Shown here: piece by piece, positions 1-6,813 of the stretch
Layout of the letters: each line of letters begins with the position of its first letter
How positions within the stretch are numbered: position 1 is the first letter of the stretch
IMG/VR virus record: IMGVR_UViG_3300022748_000015
Location: 1-64,000 of that record
Reading direction: 5' to 3' (one strand)
Source of the DNA: a virus
Length of the DNA stretch: 64,000 nucleotides
Made by a program: the position numbers and the translations under genes
Notes under the pieces: model-generated
Told to the model about the DNA's origin: nothing
Database searches by the model: none
Seen by the model: only the letters and a program-made list of their open reading frames with translations

Positions 1-11
1 TTTTTTGCGTG

Positions 12-29
12 GAGAAAAAATAAATACGC
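12..29 (+). repeat. 18-nt A-tract motif copy 1 (GAGAAAAAATAAATACGC)
   Basis: Read directly; recurs 8 times in 1-5020. Confidence 0.9.
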
Positions 30-54
30 GGATCCAACACGGGGTGTTGTTGAT

Positions 55-84
55 TTGACTTTTGATGGAAGGGGGTGGTAGGAT
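55..84 (+). promoter_or_regulatory. sigma70/SigA-type promoter (TTGACT-18-TAGGAT, extended -10)
   Basis: TTGACT 55-60, TGG-TAGGAT 76-84, upstream of the first ORF. Confidence 0.55.
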
Positions 85-127
85 TGAGTTATCGCTGAAG
101 AGGAGTAGGCGGAAAGGGACAGAAGAA

Positions 128-481
128 GTGAAGAAGATTGCGTTGCAGATTGCGTCTAATGGCGATGTGACAGAGTTGGACATTAGCGAGAACTCGCTCA
201 AGGTTTTGCAGACTGCCGTTGATGGATACATTGAAGCAGTAGACATTTTCGAAGACCTCACCATGTGGGTGAACGAGGAGTTTCTACTTCGTAGCGAGCC
301 AGACCCAAACGCCATTGCGTCGGTTATTTTCTCTATGGTTGGCGGAAGTTACGCTATTCATGGAACAGTCGTTCTCACAGGTGGAACTGACGAAGAGGGC
401 AACACTCTAGGGCTAAGCCCAGACATTGCCGAGGAACTAAAAGGTTTCATTGTCGAGGCTAAGGCTGAGATGATGATTTAG
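128..481 (+). CDS. DUF3846-like phage protein
   Basis: LQTAVDGYIEAV...MWVNEE...GTVVLTGGTDEEGNTLGL pattern. Start moved from 62 to GTG128, which follows the AAGGGAC leader shared by other cassettes. Confidence 0.7.
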   Translation: MKKIALQIASNGDVTELDISENSLKVLQTAVDGYIEAVDIFEDLTMWVNEEFLLRSEPDPNAIASVIFSMVGGSYAIHGTVVLTGGTDEEGNTLGLSPDIAEELKGFIVEAKAEMMI

Positions 482-513
482 GTTTATTGTCCCTCAACAA
501 TAAATAAGGGAAC

Positions 514-552
514 ACGGGTTAGATGCGCAAGCGTCTAGCCCGTTTTTCTTTT
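514..552 (+). terminator. intrinsic terminator
   Basis: Stem 514-526/531-543, GCAA loop, T-tract. Confidence 0.85.
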
Positions 553-573
553 GTCTGACGGTTGGTTGCCTCA

Positions 574-591
574 GAGAAAAAATAAATACGC
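574..591 (+). repeat. 18-nt A-tract motif copy 2
   Basis: GAGAAAAAATAAATACGC, identical to copy 1. Confidence 0.9.
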
Positions 592-637
592 AGCGGGGCG
601 GGCGGGGCAAACAAATGACGACACTCGTTGGAAGTTG

Positions 638-666
638 TTGAAAATGTCCGAGGTATCTGGTATAGT
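638..666 (+). promoter_or_regulatory. promoter TTGAAA-17-TATAGT with TGn extension
   Basis: Hexamers at 638-643 and 661-666. Confidence 0.7.
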
Positions 667-693
667 TTGATTGTTAGCAGAAAGGGACAAGAG

Positions 694-933
694 ATGCTAA
701 AGACAGAACGAAAGAATGATTACGCAGAGTTTGCGTTCGAGGAAGTTATGCGTCTTGCTGGTGGCAAGAGCGAATACTCACCTCACATACTTGCCGCTAT
801 CTGGGCAGAGTGCCACAGAAACAAGCAACTACAAACCCTAGCAGGTATGTATCTAGTTGGCTCAAGCGAGCGTGCTGATAAAAACCTAAAGGCGTTGCGT
901 GCCGAGATTTTCAAGATTTTCTTGGAGCGTTAG
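694..933 (+). CDS. hypothetical protein (early cassette)
   Basis: ATG694 follows AAGGGACAA; the track start at 628 overlaps the promoter. Confidence 0.7.
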   Translation: MLKTERKNDYAEFAFEEVMRLAGGKSEYSPHILAAIWAECHRNKQLQTLAGMYLVGSSERADKNLKALRAEIFKIFLER

Positions 934-935
934 AG

Positions 936-1208
936 ATGTTCGCTTGGCTAGTTATTGTTGTAATTATTGTTGTATTCGCCAATGCGTTTTCGGAGCAAGG
1001 CAAGAACAAACAAAAACCGCAATACACACGAGCAACTAACACGGAGAAGTTTGTAATCGGCGACTTGGTCCGTATCAAGGGTGAGAGCCACGAGTGGGCT
1101 ATTGTTCAGATTTTAGATGACAATCGAGTATTGCTGGACTACAATGATGACGGTAATGACTACGAGGCATTATTGGTGGCAGGTATGGAAGAAGTGGGGT
1201 TGGCATAG
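936..1208 (+). CDS. membrane-anchored protein with a small beta-barrel (KOW/YodC-like) C-terminus
   Basis: Hydrophobic N-terminus; FVIGDLVRIKGESHEWAIVQI pattern. Confidence 0.65.
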   Translation: MFAWLVIVVIIVVFANAFSEQGKNKQKPQYTRATNTEKFVIGDLVRIKGESHEWAIVQILDDNRVLLDYNDDGNDYEALLVAGMEEVGLA

Positions 1209-1408
1209 TGAAAACTATTTGGTATCGGTTCTGGTATAAGTTCTGGCGTAGCGTTGGGTCGGTAGCGTTCTTGGCTTTCCACACTTCGCAGACCTTGGCT
1301 CACAAGTCGTATCTCGCAGGTGGTCGCAGAGGTCGTAGAGCGAAACGCCCCCTCACGGCTATCTATCGCTTTTTCCAAAAGGTGCGTGGTTCTTTTGCCA
1401 GAGGATAA
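1208..1408 (+). CDS. small basic hypothetical protein
   Basis: Start overlaps the upstream stop; Arg/Lys/aromatic rich. Confidence 0.5.
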   Translation: MKTIWYRFWYKFWRSVGSVAFLAFHTSQTLAHKSYLAGGRRGRRAKRPLTAIYRFFQKVRGSFARG

Positions 1409-1436
1409 AACAACTGACCGAGAGGGTATCTCGGTG

Positions 1437-1589
1437 ATGTTCAAGGGCTTGGCAGTAGGTTGTTGGTTCGTTGCCGTAGGTGGCTTCATAGGCGGTGGCT
1501 ACGCTGGGCGAAACCTTGGATTGCTAGTTGCCTTGATTATCGGTGGCGTGGTTTGTCGTTTCTTTCAGAAATGGTTTGCTGACGAATAA
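1437..1589 (+). CDS. small two-helix membrane protein
   Basis: GAGAGGG RBS at ~1420, ATG1437, hydrophobic Gly-rich sequence, terminator directly after. Confidence 0.55.
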   Translation: MFKGLAVGCWFVAVGGFIGGGYAGRNLGLLVALIIGGVVCRFFQKWFADE

Positions 1590-1600
1590 CCCAAAGATTT

Positions 1601-1638
1601 GACCCCTTACCTGAAAAGGTAGGGGGTTTCTTTTTTTT
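1601..1638 (+). terminator. intrinsic terminator
   Basis: GACCCCTTACCT-GAAA-AGGTAGGGGGTT plus T-tract. Confidence 0.85.
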
Positions 1639-1652
1639 GGTCGAGGTGGCGA

Positions 1653-1670
1653 GTGTATTTATTTTTTCTT
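1653..1670 (-). repeat. A-tract motif copy 3 (inverted)
   Basis: GTGTATTTATTTTTTCTT on +. Confidence 0.85.
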
Positions 1671-1707
1671 GAGATGAGATGATGAGCGCAACTTTCAACG
1701 AATGGCT

Positions 1708-1736
1708 TTGACTTTCGTTAGTTGTTGGTGTATGAT
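1708..1736 (+). promoter_or_regulatory. promoter TTGACT-17-TATGAT
   Basis: Near-consensus hexamers. Confidence 0.8.
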
Positions 1737-1784
1737 TGAACTATCACCAAGGACAGGTGATAACACAACAAACAGAGGGACAAA

Positions 1785-2138
1785 ATGAAACACTTCAACA
1801 ACGCAGGCGTGGAACTGATTTCCGTAACCGAGGCTCTAGTAGAGGCAGAAGCCTCAAAGCGTTTGGGCTACAAGTCGAACACTAACTACACTGGAACTGC
1901 CGTCTACAACTTTGTGAACTACAAGACCAAGGACTTGAAAGTTCAGGGCAAGGTTGGAACTGTAAAGTTCTTTACTGCTAGTGCTGTTCGTAAGTTGGTC
2001 GCTGACTACATCGAGTTGCACACTGCCCCGAAGATTTCAGGTCACACGGTTCGTCAGGTGAACACTCTGCTGGAAAAGGCAAAGTCAGACCCTGCTGTTG
2101 CCAAGTATCTGGTTCAGGTGCTTACCAAGGTCGCATAG
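1785..2138 (+). CDS. hypothetical protein (early cassette)
   Basis: GAGGGACAAA leader; lies between promoter and terminator. Confidence 0.8.
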   Translation: MKHFNNAGVELISVTEALVEAEASKRLGYKSNTNYTGTAVYNFVNYKTKDLKVQGKVGTVKFFTASAVRKLVADYIELHTAPKISGHTVRQVNTLLEKAKSDPAVAKYLVQVLTKVA

Positions 2139-2149
2139 GTTTTCAAGCA

Positions 2150-2180
2150 AGCCCCCGTCGCAAGGCGGGGGTTTTCTTTT
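2150..2180 (+). terminator. intrinsic terminator
   Basis: AGCCCCCGTC-GCAA-GGCGGGGGTT plus T-tract. Confidence 0.85.
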
Positions 2181-2196
2181 GCCGTGCCGAAGTCGA

Positions 2197-2214
2197 GCGT
2201 ATTTATTTTTTCTA
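2197..2214 (-). repeat. A-tract motif copy 4 (inverted)
   Basis: GCGTATTTATTTTTTCTA on +. Confidence 0.9.
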
Positions 2215-2316
2215 GCAGCCGGCGGGAGCAATGAACGAACACGGCTATTCGTGGGAAGTTAGCAAAATGTCGGTGGTGCGTGCTAGTATCTAGTTACCTT
2301 TTGAAAGGGGTTTGAA

Positions 2317-2532
2317 ATGTTGGAGTGTATCAACTGTGGCGAGGCGTATGACGAGAACAATGTCCCGTTGTGTGCTGGGTATGATGATGGCGTAACCAAG
2401 TGCGTAGATGTTCGTATGTGCGAGGGTTGCGAGGAGAACGAGGCGCAGAGTGGTGACGACTTGTGCGAACGTTGCGAGCGTGAGTGGGCGCAGGAGCGAG
2501 CAGACCGCGAGTGGGATTATTGGCACGCCTAA
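2317..2532 (+). CDS. small Cys-rich (Zn-finger-like) protein
   Basis: CINC, CEGC and CERC pairs plus extra Cys; GAAAGGGG RBS. Confidence 0.7.
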   Translation: MLECINCGEAYDENNVPLCAGYDDGVTKCVDVRMCEGCEENEAQSGDDLCERCEREWAQERADREWDYWHA

Positions 2533-2539
2533 AAAGGAT

Positions 2540-2567
2540 TTGACTTTTTGGTTTTATCTGGTAGGCT
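2540..2567 (+). promoter_or_regulatory. promoter TTGACT-16-TAGGCT (extended -10)
   Basis: Hexamers at 2540-2545 and 2562-2567. Confidence 0.5.
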
Positions 2568-2610
2568 TGACTTATCAGCCAAGAGGTTGAGTAAACGAAA
2601 GAGGGACAAA

Positions 2611-2832
2611 ATGAAGTTTGTAATCCGCCGAGCAGTAGTTGCTCTAATCGCTATGCCAGTAGTTGCTGGTGCTTATGTTCTAGGCTGTGCCGTTCTAATC
2701 GGACTTGGTGCTGGTGCTAGTTTCACGGTGAATGAGGCTTGGGTAAATGGTTTTGAGATTGCTGGTGCTTGCGCTCTAGTGTTCACCTTTAGCACTCAGT
2801 TGAACAACTGGTTTGAAAAGGTAGGTGCGTAA
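2611..2832 (+). CDS. small membrane protein
   Basis: ATG2611 after GAGGGACAAA; two hydrophobic segments. Confidence 0.75.
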   Translation: MKFVIRRAVVALIAMPVVAGAYVLGCAVLIGLGAGASFTVNEAWVNGFEIAGACALVFTFSTQLNNWFEKVGA

Positions 2833-2987
2833 TGTCGGGCATCGAGATTACTGTCTACAACGCAGACCAAAGCATAGTTTGCCAGCCCTCGTATGAGGCT
2901 CACACTATCGAGCGTGCCAGCGAGATTATTCAGGCAACCAAAGGATTGCTAAAGGCTGGGCAGACCATTAGCGTCAGAGCCTACTAG
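2832..2987 (+). CDS. 51-aa hypothetical protein (not in ORF track)
   Basis: TAATG overlap; reads MSGIEITVYNADQ...ISVRAY*; terminator follows. Confidence 0.65.
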   Translation: MSGIEITVYNADQSIVCQPSYEAHTIERASEIIQATKGLLKAGQTISVRAY

Positions 2988-2999
2988 GTTTCAAGAAAA

Positions 3000-3031
3000 G
3001 ACCCCTTGCTTCGGCAGGGGGTTTTTCTTTT
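3000..3031 (+). terminator. intrinsic terminator
   Basis: GACCCCTTGC-TTCG-GCAGGGGGTT plus T-tract. Confidence 0.85.
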
Positions 3032-3097
3032 GTCTGAAGTTCGTGGGAAGTTGAACACGGCTGATTTCGTGCGAACGCACGATTTTTTGAAAGGGGA

Positions 3098-3115
3098 GCG
3101 TATTTATTTTTTCTT
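3098..3115 (-). repeat. A-tract motif copy 5 (inverted)
   Basis: GCGTATTTATTTTTTCTT on +. Confidence 0.9.
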
Positions 3116-3141
3116 GGCAGACCCGCTGGGCGTGCCAGGAT

Positions 3142-3170
3142 TTGACTTCAGGCGATTTAGAGGGTATGAT
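3142..3170 (+). promoter_or_regulatory. promoter TTGACT-17-TATGAT
   Basis: Same hexamers as the 1708 promoter. Confidence 0.8.
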
Positions 3171-3222
3171 TGTTGTATCAATCAGGTTGGTTGATAGCAC
3201 CACCAGATAGAGGGACAACAAG

Positions 3223-3492
3223 ATGAGCAACTACCTAAACCCAAACGAGGCAACCGTTGGTATGCCAGCAACTTACTGTATTGGCAGTGACCGTTACGCA
3301 ACTGCCGTGACCGAGATTTTCCACTTCAAGACTGGCGCAAAGGCTGGACAGGTAAAGGCAATCCTCGCAGGAACTCGTATGTTCACACTTCGCACCAAGG
3401 GTCGCAAGGCTGGCTACCTTGTTCGTGAGGGCGGGGACTATGGCGTGCTCCACCTCGGCTGGGCTGAGGACTATCGTGACCCCCACTTCTAA
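3223..3492 (+). CDS. hypothetical protein (early cassette)
   Basis: GAGGGACA leader; between promoter and terminator. Confidence 0.8.
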   Translation: MSNYLNPNEATVGMPATYCIGSDRYATAVTEIFHFKTGAKAGQVKAILAGTRMFTLRTKGRKAGYLVREGGDYGVLHLGWAEDYRDPHF

Positions 3493-3507
3493 AGAGTAGG
3501 ACAGAGG

Positions 3508-3538
3508 AGGCTCACCCGAAAGGGTGGGCTTCTTTTTT
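3508..3538 (+). terminator. intrinsic terminator
   Basis: AGGCTCACCC-GAAA-GGGTGGGCTT plus T-tract. Confidence 0.85.
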
Positions 3539-3566
3539 GTCTAGGGGGTCTTGATTTTTTTGCATA

Positions 3567-3584
3567 GCGTATTTATTTTTTCTC
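3567..3584 (-). repeat. A-tract motif copy 6 (inverted)
   Basis: GCGTATTTATTTTTTCTC, exact reverse complement of copy 1. Confidence 0.9.
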
Positions 3585-3642
3585 GCACGGTAGATGACAC
3601 GGCTATTCCAAAAACTTTTTTCAACTTTTTTCGTGTTTCGAT

Positions 3643-3671
3643 TTGACATTAGGCAAATACCCCTGTAATGT
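3643..3671 (+). promoter_or_regulatory. promoter TTGACA-17-TAATGT
   Basis: Consensus -35 with TANNNT -10. Confidence 0.75.
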
Positions 3672-3724
3672 TGGTATTACCAACAAAGGTTGGATAAATA
3701 AAAAAGACAAAAGGACAAACCGAA

Positions 3725-4054
3725 ATGGCAGTAGCAACCAAGAGCAACAAGACCACCAAGACCGCAAAGACCACCAAGGTCGAACTAACCGAGGCTGGCG
3801 TAAAGGCTCTCAACGCTTTCAACAAGGCAAAGCAGGCAGAGGCTAAGGCAAAGGCTCTCAAGGCTAAGGCAGAGGCTATGCTTCGTGCCGAGTTGGGCGA
3901 GGCAACCGAGGCAACTGTTCAGGGCGTAGTTGCCGTCAAGGTAATCGCAAGCAAGACTTCTTCGTTTGACCGCAAGGCTCTGCTGGAGAACTACCCAGAG
4001 GCTTATGGCGCAACCTACCGTGAAACCGAGTATGACTACCTAAAGACCCTCTAA
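3725..4054 (+). CDS. hypothetical Lys/Ala-rich coiled-coil protein
   Basis: AAGGACA leader; clean ORF in a cassette. Confidence 0.8.
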   Translation: MAVATKSNKTTKTAKTTKVELTEAGVKALNAFNKAKQAEAKAKALKAKAEAMLRAELGEATEATVQGVVAVKVIASKTSSFDRKALLENYPEAYGATYRETEYDYLKTL

Positions 4055-4069
4055 GGGTCGCTAGGTTCA

Positions 4070-4107
4070 AGCCCACTCACCCGCAAGGGCGGGTGGGTTT
4101 TTCTTTT
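4070..4107 (+). terminator. intrinsic terminator
   Basis: AGCCCACTCACCC-GCAA-GGGCGGGTGGGTT plus T-tract. Confidence 0.85.
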
Positions 4108-4130
4108 GCCGTGGGTCGGCTAGGGGGTTG

Positions 4131-4148
4131 GAGAAAAAATAAATACAG
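4131..4148 (+). repeat. A-tract motif copy 7
   Basis: GAGAAAAAATAAATACAG. Confidence 0.85.
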
Positions 4149-4216
4149 ATAGCACGGCAGGTAACACGGCTTCATTGGAAGTTTGTTGGAAGTTTGCTAG
4201 GTTTTGGTGTTTTGAT

Positions 4217-4245
4217 TTGCTTTGATTTGGTTACCCTGCTATGCT
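4217..4245 (+). promoter_or_regulatory. promoter TTGCTT-17-TATGCT with TGn extension
   Basis: Hexamers at 4217-4222 and 4240-4245. Confidence 0.6.
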
Positions 4246-4286
4246 TGCTCTTACAAGCAGTTCAAACCAACCCAAGGAGTTTCCAG

Positions 4287-4532
4287 ATGTCAGCAGTAGT
4301 TACCACCCCAGCAGTTGCCGTAGAGGTTCTAGGTCAGAGCGTGACTATCGCAGACCGCCACTTCACTTTCGCAGAGTTGTCTGCCGTTCTATCCCCTGCC
4401 GAGATTGTGCTTATCTGCCGTGCCTTGTCGCAGGCTTCCTACGACAACCGTGACTTCGAGGAGGGCTGGGCAATGGGAGTGCTTTCCAATAAGTTTGACC
4501 CAGCCTATGCCGAGGCAGTAGCCAGCCTCTAG
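4287..4532 (+). CDS. hypothetical protein (early cassette)
   Basis: AAGGAG RBS at 4274, ATG4287, in frame with track ORF 4194..4532. Confidence 0.75.
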   Translation: MSAVVTTPAVAVEVLGQSVTIADRHFTFAELSAVLSPAEIVLICRALSQASYDNRDFEEGWAMGVLSNKFDPAYAEAVASL

Positions 4533-4548
4533 CGCAGGCATACCGACA

Positions 4549-4577
4549 AGCCCTCTGCCGATAGGCAGGGGGTTTTT
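4549..4577 (+). terminator. intrinsic terminator
   Basis: AGCCCTCTGCC-GATA-GGCAGGGGGTT plus Ts. Confidence 0.8.
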
Positions 4578-4579
4578 GT

Positions 4580-5003
4580 CTTGCCGTAGGTGTTTGCCGT
4601 AGCCCAACCATAGCCAAGGCGTTTGCCGTGGCACACCCTAGGCAGGCTTCTAGAGGGGCATAGAGGGCTTTAGGTATTCATTCCTAGCGACTTATCAAGA
4701 ATGTAGGCAAAGGCTTCCTAGGGGCTTCTAGGGGCTTTCTAGGCTATGTTCGCTTATCTAAGCACTCATAGACCTCGCCTAACCCAGCCCAGCCAGCCCA
4801 GACCAGAGTCTAGGCAAGTAGACCCAGCCCAGCCTCTAGCAACTTCTAACCAAGCCCAGCCCAGCCTTAGACCAACCTAGGCAGACCTAGAGCCTTGACT
4901 TAGTTAGTCAAGCCCACCTAGATAAACAAGAGCCTAGACCTAGATAGACAAGACCCTCTTTACTTAGTCAATGACTATCAACCAGCCAGCCAACCAGCCA
5001 GCC
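4580..5003. repeat. non-coding iterated low-complexity region (GGCTTCTAGGGG-like, CCCAGCCCAGCC-like and CTAG-containing repeats)
   Basis: GGCTT(C)CTAGGGG-like copies at 4645, 4712, 4723 and 4733; CCAGC tandem runs near 4783, 4823, 4853 and 4982; no credible ORF. Confidence 0.75.
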
Positions 5004-5004
5004 A

Positions 5005-5020
5005 AAGAAAAAATAAAGAC
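5005..5020 (+). repeat. A-tract motif copy 8 (degenerate)
   Basis: AAGAAAAAATAAAGAC. Confidence 0.7.
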
Positions 5021-5280
5021 AGAGGCGCTAGCACTCGACAGACAGGAGTGCTAACACAACTTCCAACCAGAGAGGCAAGCCCAGACCCCCCACCTCGATT
5101 TAGGAAACAATCCGAGGGGTCACCACATATAGCAGCTGCCCTCTCGCACCCCAAAAGCAGTCAGCGTCCACTATACAACACTATGCCGTTTCTGCAAATA
5201 CCTCCGAATCTCCAGGGAAATAGACCCCCCTTTTCTAAAATCCGGCTCCACAAATTTTCAAAAAAATCGTCCAAACTCTA

Positions 5281-5337
5281 AAAAATAGACGCCCCTATTT
5301 TTACTACTTGACAACGTTCCCACCCCCATGTGATACT
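5281..5337 (+). promoter_or_regulatory. 8-bp palindrome (AAAAATAG-N6-CTATTTTT) followed by promoter TTGACA-18-GATACT
   Basis: Inverted repeat 5281-5302; -35 at 5308-5313; TGn-GATACT at 5329-5337. Confidence 0.6.
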
Positions 5338-5478
5338 CTTTTAAGACGGAGAGCATCCCAGACGCTAAAGGTTTAGGGTGCTCTTTCGTGTACCGTGACA
5401 ATACAACTGAAAAAGAAAACGAAAACAAGTCCCCAGGACAATAAACGACCTACTAACCAATAGAAAGGCGGTCGCTAA

Positions 5479-6108
5479 ATGAAATGGCTAATTGGAATAG
5501 TCAGCATGCTACTGGTAACGGGATGTGCAACACCCCTGAGCCACACAGCAAGCACTCAGTTTGTATTTGCTGACAATATGAAATCGCACATTGAAAATTC
5601 AAACGTGATGAATATTGTCAGAGGTGAGACAATTACAAACAAACTTAAGGTAACATCTCTAGACTCGCTCGCAGCTTCTGCAGCGAAAAAAGCGATGCTC
5701 CGTAAGTTAGAAACAAATGCATCGAAAATCAGTACCACAGTCCTCGCTCTCAAAAAGACAGTAGGACATACCTTCTATGCATTCTCTGGTGCCAGCCCCT
5801 CAGGCTGGGACTGCTCGGGGTTGGTTATGTGGGCGTACCAGCAAATGGGTGTCGAACTCGAACACCGAGCATCTATGCAACAACTAGCAGGGCCTATGAC
5901 AACCAAGCCTAAGGTCGGCGATATTGTTGCATTTACCTATAAAGGTAAAGGATCCCGATATGGTGCCTACCACGTGGGGATCTATCTAGGAGAGGATAAG
6001 ATGATCAACGCTCCTAGACCCGGTGCATCAACTGCTATAGAGTCCATCTCTAAGTTTGCCGGTTCTTATAGCACGGTCACTTACACCCGAATCTTGGAAA
6101 CTTTATAA
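5479..6108 (+). CDS. NlpC/P60-family peptidoglycan endopeptidase, predicted lipoprotein
   Basis: SGWDCSGLVMWAY (catalytic Cys), GDIVAF, YHVGIYLG (His); signal peptide ending LVTGC; AGAAAGG RBS. Confidence 0.9.
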   Translation: MKWLIGIVSMLLVTGCATPLSHTASTQFVFADNMKSHIENSNVMNIVRGETITNKLKVTSLDSLAASAAKKAMLRKLETNASKISTTVLALKKTVGHTFYAFSGASPSGWDCSGLVMWAYQQMGVELEHRASMQQLAGPMTTKPKVGDIVAFTYKGKGSRYGAYHVGIYLGEDKMINAPRPGASTAIESISKFAGSYSTVTYTRILETL

Positions 6109-6132
6109 ATCAAAGCCCAAGATATTGAAAAA

Positions 6133-6165
6133 CGACCTGAGCCACGTCGAAAAACTGGCTCTTTT
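6133..6165 (+). other. predicted H-type RNA pseudoknot followed by a U-tract
   Basis: S1 CGAC 6133-6136/GTCG 6146-6149; S2 GAGCCA 6139-6144/TGGCTC 6156-6161; A-rich loop 6150-6155. Confidence 0.55.
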
Positions 6166-6210
6166 AATTTTTCACTTTCAATTCCAAAACCTTTATGCTA
6201 AGATAACGAC

Positions 6211-6438
6211 ATGATACTTAATGACCTAGGCACCGCAGTCCTAATTACTGCGATCATCATCTACGGAATCGCTATGATTTCGCTTTGCGTCTACGCACTC
6301 CGACTATCTAAGAAGATCCATGATCACGAGGAACTACAGAAGTCACTCCGCATCCGTCATCTTCTTGACCACCACGCCCAAACCCCTCTACTGGGAGTTG
6401 TAACCCCCCAAAACACCAAGGATTACGATGTTGCTTAA
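6211..6438 (+). CDS. small membrane protein, probably leaderless
   Basis: One TM segment; TGc-TAAGAT -10 ends 6 nt before the ATG. Confidence 0.7.
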   Translation: MILNDLGTAVLITAIIIYGIAMISLCVYALRLSKKIHDHEELQKSLRIRHLLDHHAQTPLLGVVTPQNTKDYDVA

Positions 6439-6601
6439 AGTTCTTTTCTTCCTACGCTTTCTCAACTGGACTGCAGTTTCATCCTTGCTTGCTGCAATTG
6501 CTGCAGTAGTAGTGGCGTTTATTTCAACAAACTCCATTGCTCCCGCCATCTCCCTAACCGGATTATCCATCTCTCTAGCCCTTCTGGCATTAAGTGATTA
6601 A
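6428..6601 (+). CDS. 57-aa hydrophobic membrane protein (not in ORF track)
   Basis: MLLKVLFFLRFLNWTAVSSLLAAIAAVVVAFISTNSIAPAISLTGLSISLALLALSD*; fills the gap between neighbours. Confidence 0.65.
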   Translation: MLLKVLFFLRFLNWTAVSSLLAAIAAVVVAFISTNSIAPAISLTGLSISLALLALSD

Positions 6602-6609
6602 ACCTGGAG

Positions 6610-6813
6610 ATGTCTGCATTTCTACATAGTCCCGTTTTAGTGATAAGCACTTTAGTTTGCTTTATTGGCGTAACACTGCTAGCTTTATTTTCACTGGCTT
6701 TCTTAATTACCCTAATTGGAGAGCCTGTAGACCGATATCAAGATATAAATGACGAAGAAGGAGCCCACCACCACTATGAGCACAAAGATAAAGCTCGACG
6801 TAGAAACAGCTGA
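6610..6813 (+). CDS. small membrane protein
   Basis: GGAG RBS; one long TM segment. Confidence 0.65.
   Translation: MSAFLHSPVLVISTLVCFIGVTLLALFSLAFLITLIGEPVDRYQDINDEEGAHHHYEHKDKARRRNS

Noticed and set aside
12-5020. A-tract motif array as a CRISPR array
   Set aside because: Copies are 18 nt, 470-1100 bp apart, in both orientations and separated by whole genes. The Cas4-like nuclease sits in a phage recombination operon, with no cas1/cas2.
5048-5281. 77-aa ORF from the track
   Set aside because: No RBS, Pro/Ser/Lys-biased translation of low-complexity DNA, no recognisable motif.
5340-5478. c-di-AMP (ydaO) riboswitch upstream of NlpC/P60
   Set aside because: I could not find the characteristic conserved segments. 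Only generic hairpins are visible, so a covariance-model search is needed.
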